A stretch of DNA of 61,334 bases, the filler included, from Sphacelaria rigidula (Eukaryota): the NCBI GenBank assembly GCA_964200075.2. It is 7 parts of 7 records of this genome, joined end to end, with 100 filler letters (N's around TTAATTAATTAA, not from the genome) between each part and the next. Parts side by side here need not be neighbours in the genome. Positions count along the whole stretch, not along the records: positions 35,108 to 43,783 come from CAXNAA020010417.1; positions 43,884 to 52,559 come from CAXNAA020010418.1; 5 more parts are not named here. One strand, written 5' to 3'. A program made the translations under genes and the position numbers. Below, in pieces: positions 35,450-47,571 of this stretch (position 1 is its first letter; every line of letters begins with the position of its first letter). The notes under the pieces are model-generated. The model did no database searches, was not told the DNA's origin, and saw nothing but the letters and a program-made list of their open reading frames with translations.

Positions 35450-35636
35450 CTTGATACGGCCGCCCTGGAAGCTGTACACGTTCCCCGCCTGCAACGAATC
35501 GTACCATTTGTCCGCATCGGCCTTGAAGAACGTTCCCCGCATTTCCGAACCCGCCTCATCGAGGAGATCGATCGAGAAAAGTGTACCCTCTCCCCGCGGG
35601 TTGCTCCACCGCTTCATGTTCGACTTGTTCGTAATT
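35450..35636 (-). CDS. RPA1: Replication protein A 70 kDa subunit, exon encoding DNA-binding OB-fold A; gene continues beyond the contig
   Basis: (R)ITNKSNMKRWSNPRGEGTLFSIDLLDEAGSEMRGTFF...GNVYSFQGGRIK. CAG acceptor and GTCAGT donor; phase matches the previous exon. Confidence 0.93.
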
Positions 35637-38093
35637 CTGCCGTTTCGGGTGTACCCGTTTTTGTTCGTTTTGGGGAGGGGATAGAGAAGGTAAAAATGCG
35701 TGCGCGTTCGTGTGCTTCCGTAGGGTTCATGGATGAAAGGTTCGTGCCCAAAATAGTGAGGTCAGAAAAGATGAGCCGCAATCTGTTCCAACGGTTTTTT
35801 ATGTTTTCACGATCGGGTATGAGTATGGTTTATGCGCAGACACTTTCCACGATAGTCCCCCCCCAAAGTGGCTGGTTTGGGGAGGCAAAATCGACACGTA
35901 AGTCGAAATGAAAAGAGCCTAGCACAACCGGCAGCTAGGAACTCCCACGCTTTGGTTCGTTTTCACCGATGCCGCCTATATGAGGCGCTTCATGCAGCCT
36001 GAAACCAAACATCAGAGTGTATGACCATGTTCCGTGACAGTTTTTGGCCGTTTTTTTTTTCTTGGGGGGGGCTATCGTAGAAATTGTCTGTGAAGAGCTT
36101 TCCCACCGAAGCCATATGGCAGCGGCCAGAATTTCGTGTTTGTTTTATTTTGCTCTTTCCTTCATTTATATATATTACCCTAGTCTACTGCATGCTACAC
36201 ATTCATGCCTTTTTCTCACTATTTATTAGCGAGTGTTCGCATTTCGTATTCAACTCGGGAACGTGTATCATGTGGATAATGACCAGGGCTGAATCTTGAC
36301 TCCTGGGTAATCAGTAAAAGTGCGACAATAAAATAAAATCGAATAAAAAAATATGCGCGTGCATGTTTTTACGCGAGTGGGAAAAGTACACAATTATTAT
36401 ACTTAACATTTTCCGGGATAGCGTAGTTTCAAAGGGCTTTGTGTCTCCTCTTTTGATCACACGGTGTATATCACACAAGGTTCAAAGGTTTGAAGCCCAC
36501 TTCATGGTGTTGGGAGGCAAAATAAAATAATGTGACACAACAGAAGTTCCAAATCTTGGGAAATTGTTGTCCTCGTCCAAACTTTGGTTCATTTTTCGCA
36601 TCATTGCTGCCCGCGGTGCACAGACTGCCCATCGCGATATTCATCATCAGAAACCTCGGTAAAACGGCAAGTACCACGCCATCAATGGGTTTCGGGATCG
36701 TGGCGAATCTATCGCTAAAGTATTTGATGCCATGTCATCGAGAGCAGCAACGAAGCGAGGTACTGGACAAGTAATTGGCATTCGAAATCTCGGGGCGCGG
36801 AATTTTGCTTCCGAGTACGGTTGTGAACCGAAAAGTACGAACAACGAACGTTTTGACGTCATTCAACCAATATTTCATGACCGATTTGCGACCGGCCTTA
36901 CCGGCCTCACTTGCGTCAATATTACTTGGGTAAGCTTTAAGGAAGCCAAGCACTCGAGTTTCGGCTGGCTCTCTGAAGTGTCATGTACAACGGCAAATCA
37001 CAATTAGGACAGGTCACCAACAATGGATAATCCGTTCTCAAGTTGAAGCATACACTGATACCAGCAGAGGCCCATCTTGTATCGTGACGCAACCGTTGTC
37101 ACAGTGCAGTGCTCGTGTGTGCAGCAGGTTTGTCCACACGCTCGCTCAGGGCCTCCTCTTGGGCTTCCGTTCTGGTTCCATTCATTCTTACAAAATATAC
37201 AAAGCACACATTTAGTAAATTTCTATTCGTATGCATTTCTCGCCCCTTCACGATTTTCAAATTCACCCATTTGGGTGATTCGGTCGACGAAACTACATCA
37301 AACTCCGTCGTACTTACTGCGCTACTAGGGTGACACGCGCCACCGATTCCAAGTCAAGCACGGTGCGACACTTTCCCCTATCGATGTCTTTTATCCCCCC
37401 GTGTCTCCATCTACTGCGTTTTTGCGGAGGTTGAAAAAAAGGGAACAATAAGCATGTACTTGGCGCAACGCCTCACAGCGAGACGATATGGATAGGGGGC
37501 GACAGTGGAGAGGTAGAACTAAGGAAAACTCAATTCTTCGATCACGATTTCACTTGTTGTCAATTTTTTCCAGTATATGTAGACCAGATAGATCTGCTAG
37601 GGGCGAAGAGATGAGACACGTGTAAAAACCGCGGCGTGTGGCGGAAGCCATTCTAAAAACTGCGGCGTGAGGCGGGAAGCCTTTCTAAAAACCGCCTTTC
37701 ATTCCACGGAACCTGAATCTCGACACCTTGAAACGCGCTATCAGTACATCATACGTCATGCCACAAAAAGCTCAATTTTTTTGAAGCGACCACCCTGGCA
37801 CGTGGGCGGTGCGTTCGTGTTTGAGTGTTGTGGTCAAGGAGGACGCGGGTTGAGAGTGTGTAAGGAAGGGTGTGGATGTGTAAGCCTGTTCCTCAGTGTG
37901 GAGCATGACAGTACTCCGGGGATAGATTGGAGACTGACGCGAGGTGATGGAAATTCTGTTCCACAGAAGCATTTTCCTGTATCACGCGGAGGGGACAAGG
38001 CACCCTGACGCACGTACCCAACCACCTTCAACTCAAGGATATACCACGGTGTTACAATCTCACCGTCTTCCCAACCCATTCGAACGTACACAC

Positions 38094-38355
38094 CTGGCCT
38101 TGACAATCCAGCGGTTTTGGTATGGATTGAGAGCCGACAGCGGCAAGTACATGTTGTCCTGGCTCTGCCGCTGAACGGGCGCACTGTTGGAGCTTCGGTT
38201 AGCGTAGGGATTGCTCGCCCCACCTCCGCGCATCCCGCCACCCCCGTAGCCGCTGCTGCCGCCACCCGCCCTGCTATTATTACCATAGCCACCACCTCCT
38301 CCCCCGCCTCCGCCGTGGCCTCCAGAACCTCCACCGTAGTTGTTTCCACCTCCGC
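38094..38355 (-). CDS. RPA1: RPA1 exon: Gly-rich linker and start of OB-fold A
   Basis: GGGGNNYGG...YLPLSALNPYQNRWIVKAR, the typical RPA70 motif PIxxLxPYQxxWxIKAR. CAG and GTGTGT splice sites; phase 1 to phase 2. Confidence 0.92.
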
Positions 38356-39225
38356 CTGTGACGTCCATGTTTTTGGCGAATATGGCGGGGGGAAAGGACA
38401 GCATTGGACGGAAGGAAAAACGCGTGCAATAGAAAAAATATATACAGTACTTCCGAGAGATGAGTGGATCGTGTTCGGGGGCGCTTGGAGATCGCAGAAA
38501 CCCTTGGGGAGGATTTCAACTGCGTCTCTCCCGTACTGCCACTGTACGACACTCTGAAAAATGGAGCATAGCGAGAAAAAATATTCGTGTTCGATTGACT
38601 TCGGCGGTTTATGTTTGGCGTTATCAATGCAAAAATATTGTTTCGAGTATTCCCATTTCATCTGAGTGAGGGAAGCACTCGATATCGAGCTTCTCCATTC
38701 CAATAAAAGTCGCCTCTGACAGCTGACTACACTTACGCAGCAGTAGTGCTCAAGTCTCGGCGAACATGCACAATGGGGAACAGGATCCAAGTCTACCATG
38801 ATTCGGTAGCCATGCCTGTACTCTCCAACTCCTTGCAGTATATGCGGGGGAACGTCACGCCCACGGCGAAACCCGATTGCCTTTCCATCACCGAACCTCT
38901 GAGTAGTCACTGCCTCTCCTCCCAAAAATGACAAGCATGGGCGCTGTTGCTGCTATGCAGGCCACCACCCCATTTTCCCCGGAGCATGGTATCGGTCATA
39001 TCGAAAACCCGAGGTGGAACATTATACTCCCCCAACACGAAATGAAAACATCGGCTCACGTTAATTTGGGTTTGCAGCCGCCCCAGACTTACACCCACAC
39101 GAATCACTGCTATTTTATACGAAGTAATAGATATACGGAAAACCGTCTCCGTACGGATCGAAACCGACTCATGAGACAGGTGGGCAGTACGGATGGTAGG
39201 CCACACATGCATACAGACTACCCAC

Positions 39226-39430
39226 CTCCGTACGGATTGGCCGGCTTCGACTGCTGCCCATACGGATTGCTGGATTGCTGGGGTTTCTGATGCTGCCCGT
39301 ACGGCTTCTCCACTTTGGGCTTAATGTCAGCCCCGTAGGGATTAGCGTCCCCTCCGCCCCCGTACGGATTTTTGTTGCCCCCATATGGCCCCGTGTTGCC
39401 GTTGGTCTGTTGCTGTACCTGCTGGGGCTC
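39226..39430 (-). CDS. RPA1: RPA1 exon: Q/G-rich linker with NPYG repeats
   Basis: EPQQVQQQTNGNTGPYGGNKNPYGG...ANPYG. CAG acceptor and GTGGGT donor; phases 0 and 1 fit both neighbours. The acceptor position is less certain. Confidence 0.8.
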
Positions 39431-40299
39431 CTGTGCACCACGTTCGCGTTTTGTTGAGATCCCAAGCCAAGGGGGGCATGAGTAGTGGGAATTTGGGCGA
39501 TGGTTGTGAGGACTACTGTACGCAGGGTGCGTATGTGGTTGCTGGTAGGCTGAGGCTGGGTACAAAGGAGTGTCTCGGGTAATTGGTTGTGGTCGGGTTC
39601 GTTCTGTCTTGTTTCGTGTGTTCCGTCATACCTCCATCACTCCTCCTCCTCCTCCTCCTCCTCGGGACGAGTGCGAAGTCCCAAGAGACTGACCCATCTC
39701 TCTCCCGGTGCCGCATAGCGGGGAAATGTCCCGGGAGAGGACACCATCATCACAACATGAGTACTGTCACCACACGCTTTTTCCGAGCATTTCTTCAATT
39801 TCACACGCACGAATACAAGCTAACATACACGACACGCAGTTGACGTTGCTTACGCTACTAGGCACGCCTTGATTTACACCAACACAGAAGCATGTGTACA
39901 CATGGCGGGTCTCCTGTTTTCGCACTCAATCTCGTAGCGTCAAGCCGTTTAGTTCTCGTTAGATAATGTTGCCCACGTTCGACGGAAACACGACTCCAAA
40001 CTGGGAAGCGCGCCAGCTTTGTCCCAAGACTTGCGAGAGAATCGTTCCCGCTTCGTAAAACATGCACACGTGGCACCGAGGACATGATCCTTCTCTACTC
40101 GCGGTGCGGGCACCTCAGCACATTGTGATCTGCACTGGGCAAGGACAGTCTGTTCAGCCCACACTTTTAAAAAGCGTTACACGAGGCGTATCACTGATGA
40201 CATCTTTCGTCGCAAGCATAGCATAAAAGGGGCTGTAGGACGAATGATCATAATCCACTGTCGCCAGCAGGGTTCCTCTGTTCTTGAATTTGCCCTCAC

Positions 40300-40390
40300 C
40301 GCGCCAACGGAATCGTCGATGACGTTGGTCGGGTTGCCCATCTTGGGCTGCGGTCCCGACAGCACCTCAAGGTTCAGCACGATGATTAGC
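40300..40390 (-). CDS. RPA1: RPA1 exon: end of the N-terminal OB domain
   Basis: (P)LIIVLNLEVLSGPQPKMGNPTNV, matching RPA70N LIILxLEVL...KIGNP. TAG acceptor and GTGAGG donor; phase consistent. Confidence 0.88.
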
Positions 40391-41529
40391 CTAGCCACAA
40401 ACATCAATCAAGCGACGGCAAAAGAGAGGGGGGGAAAAGGTTTACATGCGTATCCGTGCGTAAGAGCAGGATGATGTTTTCGTCACACATGTAATGGTAG
40501 CGTGGCCTCCCATCTGTCGCAGACGGGATATATGTATGCTGTTTAGTGAACACTCAAATCAGCACATGTGATCTTCGGACGATGACACCTGCTCCGGCGT
40601 ACGTGGGGAAAACGGCGAAAACCTCCAAGAACGCAGAGATGTATCGCATGATGCTTCATCTGTACTGGCTGAAGATTCTCCCTCTGTCGCGCACCTCTAT
40701 GCATGATGACCTCATCTTCGGATGCTTTGACAGCGAGTGTGTTATCCAGACAAAGCGACGGCATGCCAATGCGGGGAGTGCGGGGATGCGGAGATCAAAA
40801 GTGCTGCGTGGACAAAACGAAATGAATGAGATGTCGCCGCACCCCGGTGGTCCGATGGTGGAGCTGACACAACACGGTCAAGAAAAAAAGACAAGAATGA
40901 AATTCCCCTTCAAGGTACGAGTATCTGATTTCCATGGTTGAAAAGCGTGAGGACGTCGGCAGCAAAGAGAGTTCTGTCGGACTCAGTTTGATTGATGAGA
41001 GTCAGCGCGGTGCAGAAGTAGTGCGGATGGTCATGATCCAATCCATGGTACCAAGAGATGTGGAGAAGGCGTGTATCGGGGGAGGGATGGGTGCGAAATC
41101 AAATAGCATCCCCATTGTTGTCGTGTGACACAAGTCAGCCGACTGATGACGTTGTTTCGCTTGATGGCAATTCTTTCGTATTTTGGTGAGGCAAACAAGC
41201 GTGCACGGTTTGCCTCTTGTAACACATGGACTGTGACTCTCGGCGAGCTTTTGATGGAAGCATGAAGCTCTCCAAGTTACGCTGACCGATGGTGTATTAT
41301 TTTTCAATGTCGCATTTCACCTGATCCCCCAGAGATTAAGCCGTGATCACATGTATACTAGACGTACCCGAGAGACAAAACAAAACAGAAACACTCGCTG
41401 GCGTAAAGTGAAGAAAAACAGAAAAGACACAATAGACAGAGTAGGCTAGGAAATGAAATGAAGTGAAATGAAAAAACGTTTTTGTCCCTGGCATGACACT
41501 TCGTGTTTACTTCTCTGGTATTTATCCAC

Positions 41530-41884
41530 GTTGTGTTGTGTTATCGTTCCACTTATCCTGGACGCCGGTTTACACCTTTCGGTATATGTGGGTGCACCAG
41601 CCGGGGTCGCACAGGAGGGAGGCCAACACAGGAGTATTTCCTTTCTCGTTTGTTCTAATTTCACCTTCCTTCTGCGGTGCTCTGCTTTTTTTTCTATCGC
41701 GAGAGGGGTTTTGCAGTCCCGTTCGCTCGTCGACCATTGAGTTGACTCTCACATACCCACGACACAGTCGCTCTCCACTGTTGGGCATTGTGTGGGGAAA
41801 AAATCCCAGATCGCTCTGAGATTCGAACCCACGACCCAACCGCCAGAAGATTTCGAAGTTCCCAACTGAGCCACCGTGGCGATT
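41530..41884 (-). mobile_element. tRNA-derived SINE in an RPA1 intron
   Basis: Minus-strand A box TGGCTCAGTTGG and perfect B box GGTTCGAATC; the body matches 21203-21570. Confidence 0.85.
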
Positions 41885-41956
41885 GACTGAGAAATAGAAA
41901 TACAAATGCTATCACAGCTCTAGTAGCAAACAAACCCATCAAGAAACAGCACTCAC

Positions 41957-42150
41957 GGTTTGCCCTGTACCACGTTGACGAGGTGCTCGGTGAGCTTGAT
42001 GAAGCAAAAGGCTTGCATGTGGCCGTCCAGGATCATGGAGTTTTGCTGGGTGGCCAGCATCGTCTGAGCGAAGTGCTTTCCGTCTGACAGGATCACCCTC
42101 CATCGGTCACTCGACGTGTTCATCTTGCCCACCCTCTTCAGGCTCAGCAC
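41957..42150 (-). CDS. RPA1: RPA1 exon: N-terminal OB domain (RPA70N); first coding exon not resolved
   Basis: VLSLKRVGKMNTSSDRWRVILSDGKHFAQTMLATQQNSMI...VQGKP, matching R(Y/W)RxxLSDG...MLATQLN. CAG and GTGAGT splice sites. Confidence 0.92.
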
Positions 42151-43783
42151 CTGTTTCGCCCAAACAGAATGGGAGGAGAGTAGAGACACACGCGGGCTGT
42201 TTTGAATCACGAGCCAACGACGGGGTGAGGATTGCAGCGTGGATGGGAAACGCCAAAACGGGTAGGATCTGAACAAATAAAGGTACACAAAATATTGGTG
42301 GGAGTTCCATGGTTGGGGTGTGATCTAGTTTTGTTCGGGAAGCTCCCGCACCTGTAACAATTTACAGAACACGGGGTAAGTAACGTGCGGGGATAGCGAA
42401 ACGGACCAGGGTTCAGATAACAGTCTCGGTGGGGATGGGGTTCATCAAGTCACAACGCTGTGTAGTTTATGTGAGAATAAGCAGGACTGGGTACTGGAGC
42501 AGTACTCACTGGTAGTACTGCTATAAATTTACTGCCAATATACCGAAAATGGGAAAAGAGCAGCCAGTACTACGAGTGCTTTCCTCTTCACGCACGTCCC
42601 AGTATAACGCCTGATTATGCAACAAAAACCTATTTAATTGCGCCGCAAGTGAAGCCGAATTGCATTTCTTGCGTTAACAATGCCAAATCCCTTGAAAGTG
42701 AGCCTACGGCGGAGCTTCGCCACGGACCCAAGGAGCTGCCAGGATCCAGTATACTGGCAGGCTGTTGCCAGTACCCAGCCCTAGCGAGAAGCGTTTGCGT
42801 CGTACATACGCGTATTGCTCGGGTGCAGTTGAAAACACTCTTTTCGAAAGACAAGAATAGTACAGAAGAAAAAGAATGAGGAATGCATGGATCATGCCGC
42901 GATAGCCCCTCGCCCCCAAACCAGCCCCGAAACTGTCAGGGAGAAAATGGTCATACAGCGCATGACAGCAAATTTCAGACTACATGAAGCGCCTCGACAT
43001 TTGTGAAAACGAACCCGAGCGCAGGAGTTTCCCACCTGCTCGGTGTGCTCGGTTTCCGTCATTTTGATTCACACGTGGACTTTGCCTCCTCAGGTCATTT
43101 TTCTGGGGGACGAGGGGCTATCGCGGCAGCAGTCACATGCCAACAGTTATCAATACATTACTCGGTAGCTCTCCGTTTCGCAAGCTGAGAGAAAAAGAAA
43201 AAGAAAAACTTCATCTTTGTAAACAAGAAAAGCAACTGCTGCATTGTCGTAGGATTATTGGCAGGGTTCAGGCCTCAGTTGCACGAAGACAAGACAACAT
43301 CAACAACAACAACATCGGGATATTAAATATATGATAATAATAATATGCGGTTGTTCGGCGGCTCCATTGTCGTTTGGGGGGGGCTGTTGTGCCAAAAAGG
43401 TACACACCATGTCGATTTTGGCCACCTCGGGATACAGCGGTGCTGAGGGATTTTGTTCGCAGCCCAAGAAAATACATGAAGTTGATCTTGCAGACGATGC
43501 GCAGTATTACCTCTTTTCTACACATCTACTCCTAAAAAAAACAATGAAACAGGCGGAGGGTGCCCAGCGCAGCTACAAATTTACGGGTAGTCCATCAATG
43601 CTGCTCTGTACCCGAATTTGACCCAAAATGGCAAGGTATGTCAGATAGTGTTCCTTTCACGTTTCTTGAGGGTATGACACCTTACCCACTTTTTTTGTCA
43701 ATGATGCCTCAGAGAGCGCCCACACCAAATTTCAATACACGAAAACCAAACGTGGGCCGGTGAGTGGCCTGCGAAATACTGTT

Positions 43784-43883
43784 NNNNNNNNNNNNNNNNN
43801 NNNNNNNNNNNNNNNNNNNNNNNNNNNTTAATTAATTAANNNNNNNNNNNNNNNNNNNNNNNNNNNNNNNNNNNNNNNNNNNN
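43784..43883. other. Artificial contig linker
   Basis: N44-TTAATTAATTAA-N44. Confidence 0.98.
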
Positions 43884-44082
43884 GGTATCGCCACTTCCCG
43901 AGACAGCCACAGCTTCTAGACTGCCTCATGGGTGTCTCACCATGGGGGTATGGGGGTGGGGGGGGGGGAAAGTTACCCAGATGCTCCGGTGAAGACAAGA
44001 CGAGATTGGACAGGAATTCCCGTCCCGTCCCGTCCCGTCCCGTAATTGTTTTGGCGACCTAAAACCATTCACATCTCGTTCC

Positions 44083-44595
44083 GAGTGGTGCGCTACGGTA
44101 GGGGTGCACATGGATAGGTTTGACTCGTTTGGAGCCCTCTCTCGCATCCAAAAAACCACTTGAGAAATATGTGAGAGCATGTCACGGTCATCATTCCAAA
44201 GGGCTAGAAATATAACTATCCCGAATGGGTTTGAAAACGGGGACGATTTAGCTAGCGCACATTTTTGTGCAGGATCGAAACTTTAACCCCTTTGGAACCG
44301 TTGATGGAAAAAAGTGACGATTTACAAGTGACGTTTCCTTGGGGCAAGATATGTCTGCTTTTGTGTAACTGTCGACGATGCAGCCCGCCAAAACGGTGCC
44401 CCGCTCGAAGTCGAAGTGTGTAGTTGACAGATTCGTGTACCGAACTCGAAGTGACGATTTCTCGGTGACGAAAGCTCGCATGTAAGAGTTTGTTAATCGT
44501 CGCTTTTCCATCAACGGTTCCAAAAGGGTTGAGAGACCCTAAATGAGAAAAAGACTCGGGCCCAAAATGTGCAACCACCACGAACCGTAGCACAC
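44083..44595. mobile_element. Longer relative of the GAG-terminated MITE family
   Basis: Left end GAGTGGTGCGCTACGGTAGGGGTGCAC, right end ...GTGCA...ACCGTAGCAC. Internal inverted segment TTTGGAACCGTTGATGGAAAA / TTTTCCATCAACGGTTCCAAA. Confidence 0.55.
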
Positions 44596-45509
44596 GAATC
44601 TGTCCCGTTCTCTTTTGTCGACGGGAAAAACAGTCAACGTCCTGAAGTCCCGTAACAAATCCTCATACTATCGAGCACTGCACTGACTCAGCAATTCAGC
44701 AGCTCGTCAACCTTCATCCGAGAATATTTTGCCAACTTTCGCCTTCACGTTGTAGGTCTATAAAAAAAGACAGGGGATAATACTCACGTACATACTATTC
44801 ATCTGTTATTTATTAAGACTCGAACCCCCGATATCCACTCAAGCCGACGCTGATCTTCAACTTCACCGGCCGGCGTTCGGGAGAATTCCTCCCGAACCTA
44901 GGTGTGCTCCGTCTCCACAAATATTCGAACCTAGGTGTGCTCACTCAAAAAATATGTACTCTCGTTCGAAGATGTGTTTGGGCGTAATGGTATTGGTCCG
45001 TCCACTGTCACAATTCCTCCGGGTTGACCAGTAGAGTTTCCAGGTGCAGAGATGCGCAGCGGGAACTCAGATTGGAGAAACTGAAAAATGTGTATATTGT
45101 ACTCCAGTGTTGCATATGGGGAGGGAAAATATTGAGATATTTGAACCTGGACACTGGACACTACCGACAAGCGACTGTTGCAAGGGGTATCACAAACTCG
45201 AGGTTCCCGATTTATTTCACAGACACAACAGTAGTAAATTACTGAGAAAAGCACCGGGAATATCGAGTTTGAGATACTACATCGTAGAGGGGAGAAATTT
45301 TCCGGAAATTTACACACCCTGGACAATACATGGTCAATAAATGCAATAGACGATAAGTGTACTGCATAGAGTATAGGCCTATTGCAACTATTGCCGGCCG
45401 ACAATAGTCGCAATAGGCCTATAATTTTTGCAGTATGTTTCTTGTCTATTGCAACTTTTGACGATATATATATATTGTCCAAGGTGTGAAAATTTATGAT
45501 ATTGAGTGA

Positions 45510-45630
45510 CTCTAACTCTAACACGAACCCTGACCCTCACTCCAACCAAGGCATACCGGGAACCCGCGGGCAAGGGGGTGCAAAGCGCTCCCTAGTGCGC
45601 GTTGGCAGACCTCAATCGGCGCCGATGTAA
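45510..45630 (+). mobile_element. Short interspersed element with telomere-like hexamer head, copy 2
   Basis: CTCTAACTCTAACACGAACCCTGACCCTCA followed by CCAAGGCATAC...GGGCAAGGGGG...GTTGGCAGACCT...GGCGCCGAT. Confidence 0.65.
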
Positions 45631-46675
45631 TGGTATTCATGCTGCCGATGTTATGTTATTCACTGAGTGACTTTTTCGGTGATGTTATTTATGCGTATTC
45701 TGGTGTGGAGGCGAGACGCAATCCGTGGTTCCAGGGGGTAGGATATCTATCGATTGGCGTAGCTTTGACGCTCGGGCTGGCCTGATTGAAAGATGCACCT
45801 CGATCGGGAAGACATTAAAGATCCGTTTTTCGGTGTCCCCACTAAAACCGAGTGAGCCAACCTCACCCTACCAAGTGATAAACTTCGCTGGATCTGTTAT
45901 AGGACAGATGCGGGGCATTTACGGTGCGCATTCACCCGCAAAATTTCAGGCTTCTCGTTCCCAACTTAGACAGGGGAGTAGGCCGAAGTTCTTTCTCCGT
46001 TCTGCCGTGCCCCCAGTCTGCAGGAAATGACCTGCACTGCTAGGTTTCTCAGCAGAACAACAACAATTATTGGGAAAATTGAGTCAGTATCAACGGCTGA
46101 AGATGAGTTGCGCCGTGAAAGCGATACGACGAAACTGATGTACCCTCAAGTGACCACACGATGTATTTGTACCTTTTTCTGGCGATTACTCACACACCTT
46201 TGTCATGCTCTCACGTGTGTTCTACGCAGAGAGGCAAAGCCATTTGAGCCAATATATAACAGCAACCATATGCATCGGGCCATCGTTAGATTAACATTTA
46301 AAATATCTGCGCATAGCCCAGGCAGCTGGCCGCCTGCTGAACATCATGCACTCTGCGGTGCGACAGCAGTCGCGTGCATGTACAACAGGGGTATTCCACC
46401 GAACAACGTTACAACTTATTGCCGGTCCGAAGCCTCAAAGTATCACGACAACCATTGTTGCTTTCAACACTTTGAAGTACAGACAGCAATACAAAGTACA
46501 AAATACTTTTTCGATGGAGAAAATATCCAAGACGCCCAAAAAACGTTTCACACAACTGTCGTCTGTCTGTGCACGCGAACACACTCACACATACACATCC
46601 ATATGCTGCACACGCCACACGCCATGATTATCGAGCACACACAATAGGTGTACTGCCTACTGTATTGTTATTCAC

Positions 46676-47571
46676 CGTAGAGCGAAAGGAGTGCTTGTAC
46701 GTTAACCCGTCCGCAACAGCTCCCTCCCCACCCCCTCCTCCTTCTCCTCCCGCAGCCATGCCACCACCGTTCGTAGCGCCCGTAGTGCCCGTTCTAGTGG
46801 GGTGCAACGCCCAGGCAGAGAGGGGTATGAGAGAGCAGAGTGACGACCAGAGGAATCCACTGCCCCTGGAGTGCAACGTCATGATTGCTGGAGTTTACCA
46901 GGACCCTTGTTGTAATGTAGAACACGCACTGACAAGTTTGGGCATTCGTGTGACTAGACTGCCTAACCGCCCTAGGCGGGGTGATGAATCAGCGATCGGG
47001 GTTGCGCGTCTGTACCATTCGTCATTTGAAAATGAAATGGCGGCGAAACACAGCCTAGAATCTTGCCTGTACCAGAATCGTTCACCCTGTGCATGATGTA
47101 CTGCTATACTTGCTACAGTCGTCAGAATCAAATTCACAACTATATCCCTACCGCACCGCGAAAGATGTATCATGCATTGCGACAGGTCTTCCGAAGAACT
47201 TTCCCTAGGAGCATGGTTCCCGACCATAATCGCGCTCCGCATGAAGAAAACTCCCACCACAATTTCGTTCAATATCTCTCCATCCTGCTCCTTGTTGTTT
47301 CGCCCCGTCTGTTGTACAGTAATACTCTGTACTAATATACTCGTACTGACGTTGTCTGCATATCGTCGAATACTTGGATTTCAAACTACAGTACAACTAC
47401 AGTAGCGTGGGCGTGTCTTACCGAGACAACAAAGGAAGCGAGAAACGAAGCAAACATCCGAAAGCAACACGTTGATTGATCGCCAGGCGGACCTATGATT
47501 GCGGTGGCTTGTTCCGTTCTATCCTTCTTCTGTTGATCTCGGCGAGACAAGACACGGCGTGATCGAGTGCC
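46676..47571 (-). CDS. Possible spliced gene of unknown function (candidate exons 47422-47571, ~47152-47284, 46676-46887)
   Basis: Three open segments bounded by CAG/GT sites with compatible phases. No recognisable domain, so this could be non-coding. Confidence 0.22.

Noticed and set aside
33870..35636. Functional link between the RT fragment and the adjacent RPA1
   Set aside because: They are on different contigs separated by an artificial linker, and the RT is inactivated (YVND, frameshifts).
37834..38934. Longest ORF in the track (366 aa)
   Set aside because: It is mostly RPA1 intron sequence plus an alternative frame over the Gly-rich exon; no domain-like content.
43036..43062. Candidate RPA1 first exon MTETEHTEQ followed by GTGGGA
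   Set aside because: The phase fits, but it lacks the usual RPA70 N-terminal residues and cannot be distinguished from chance.
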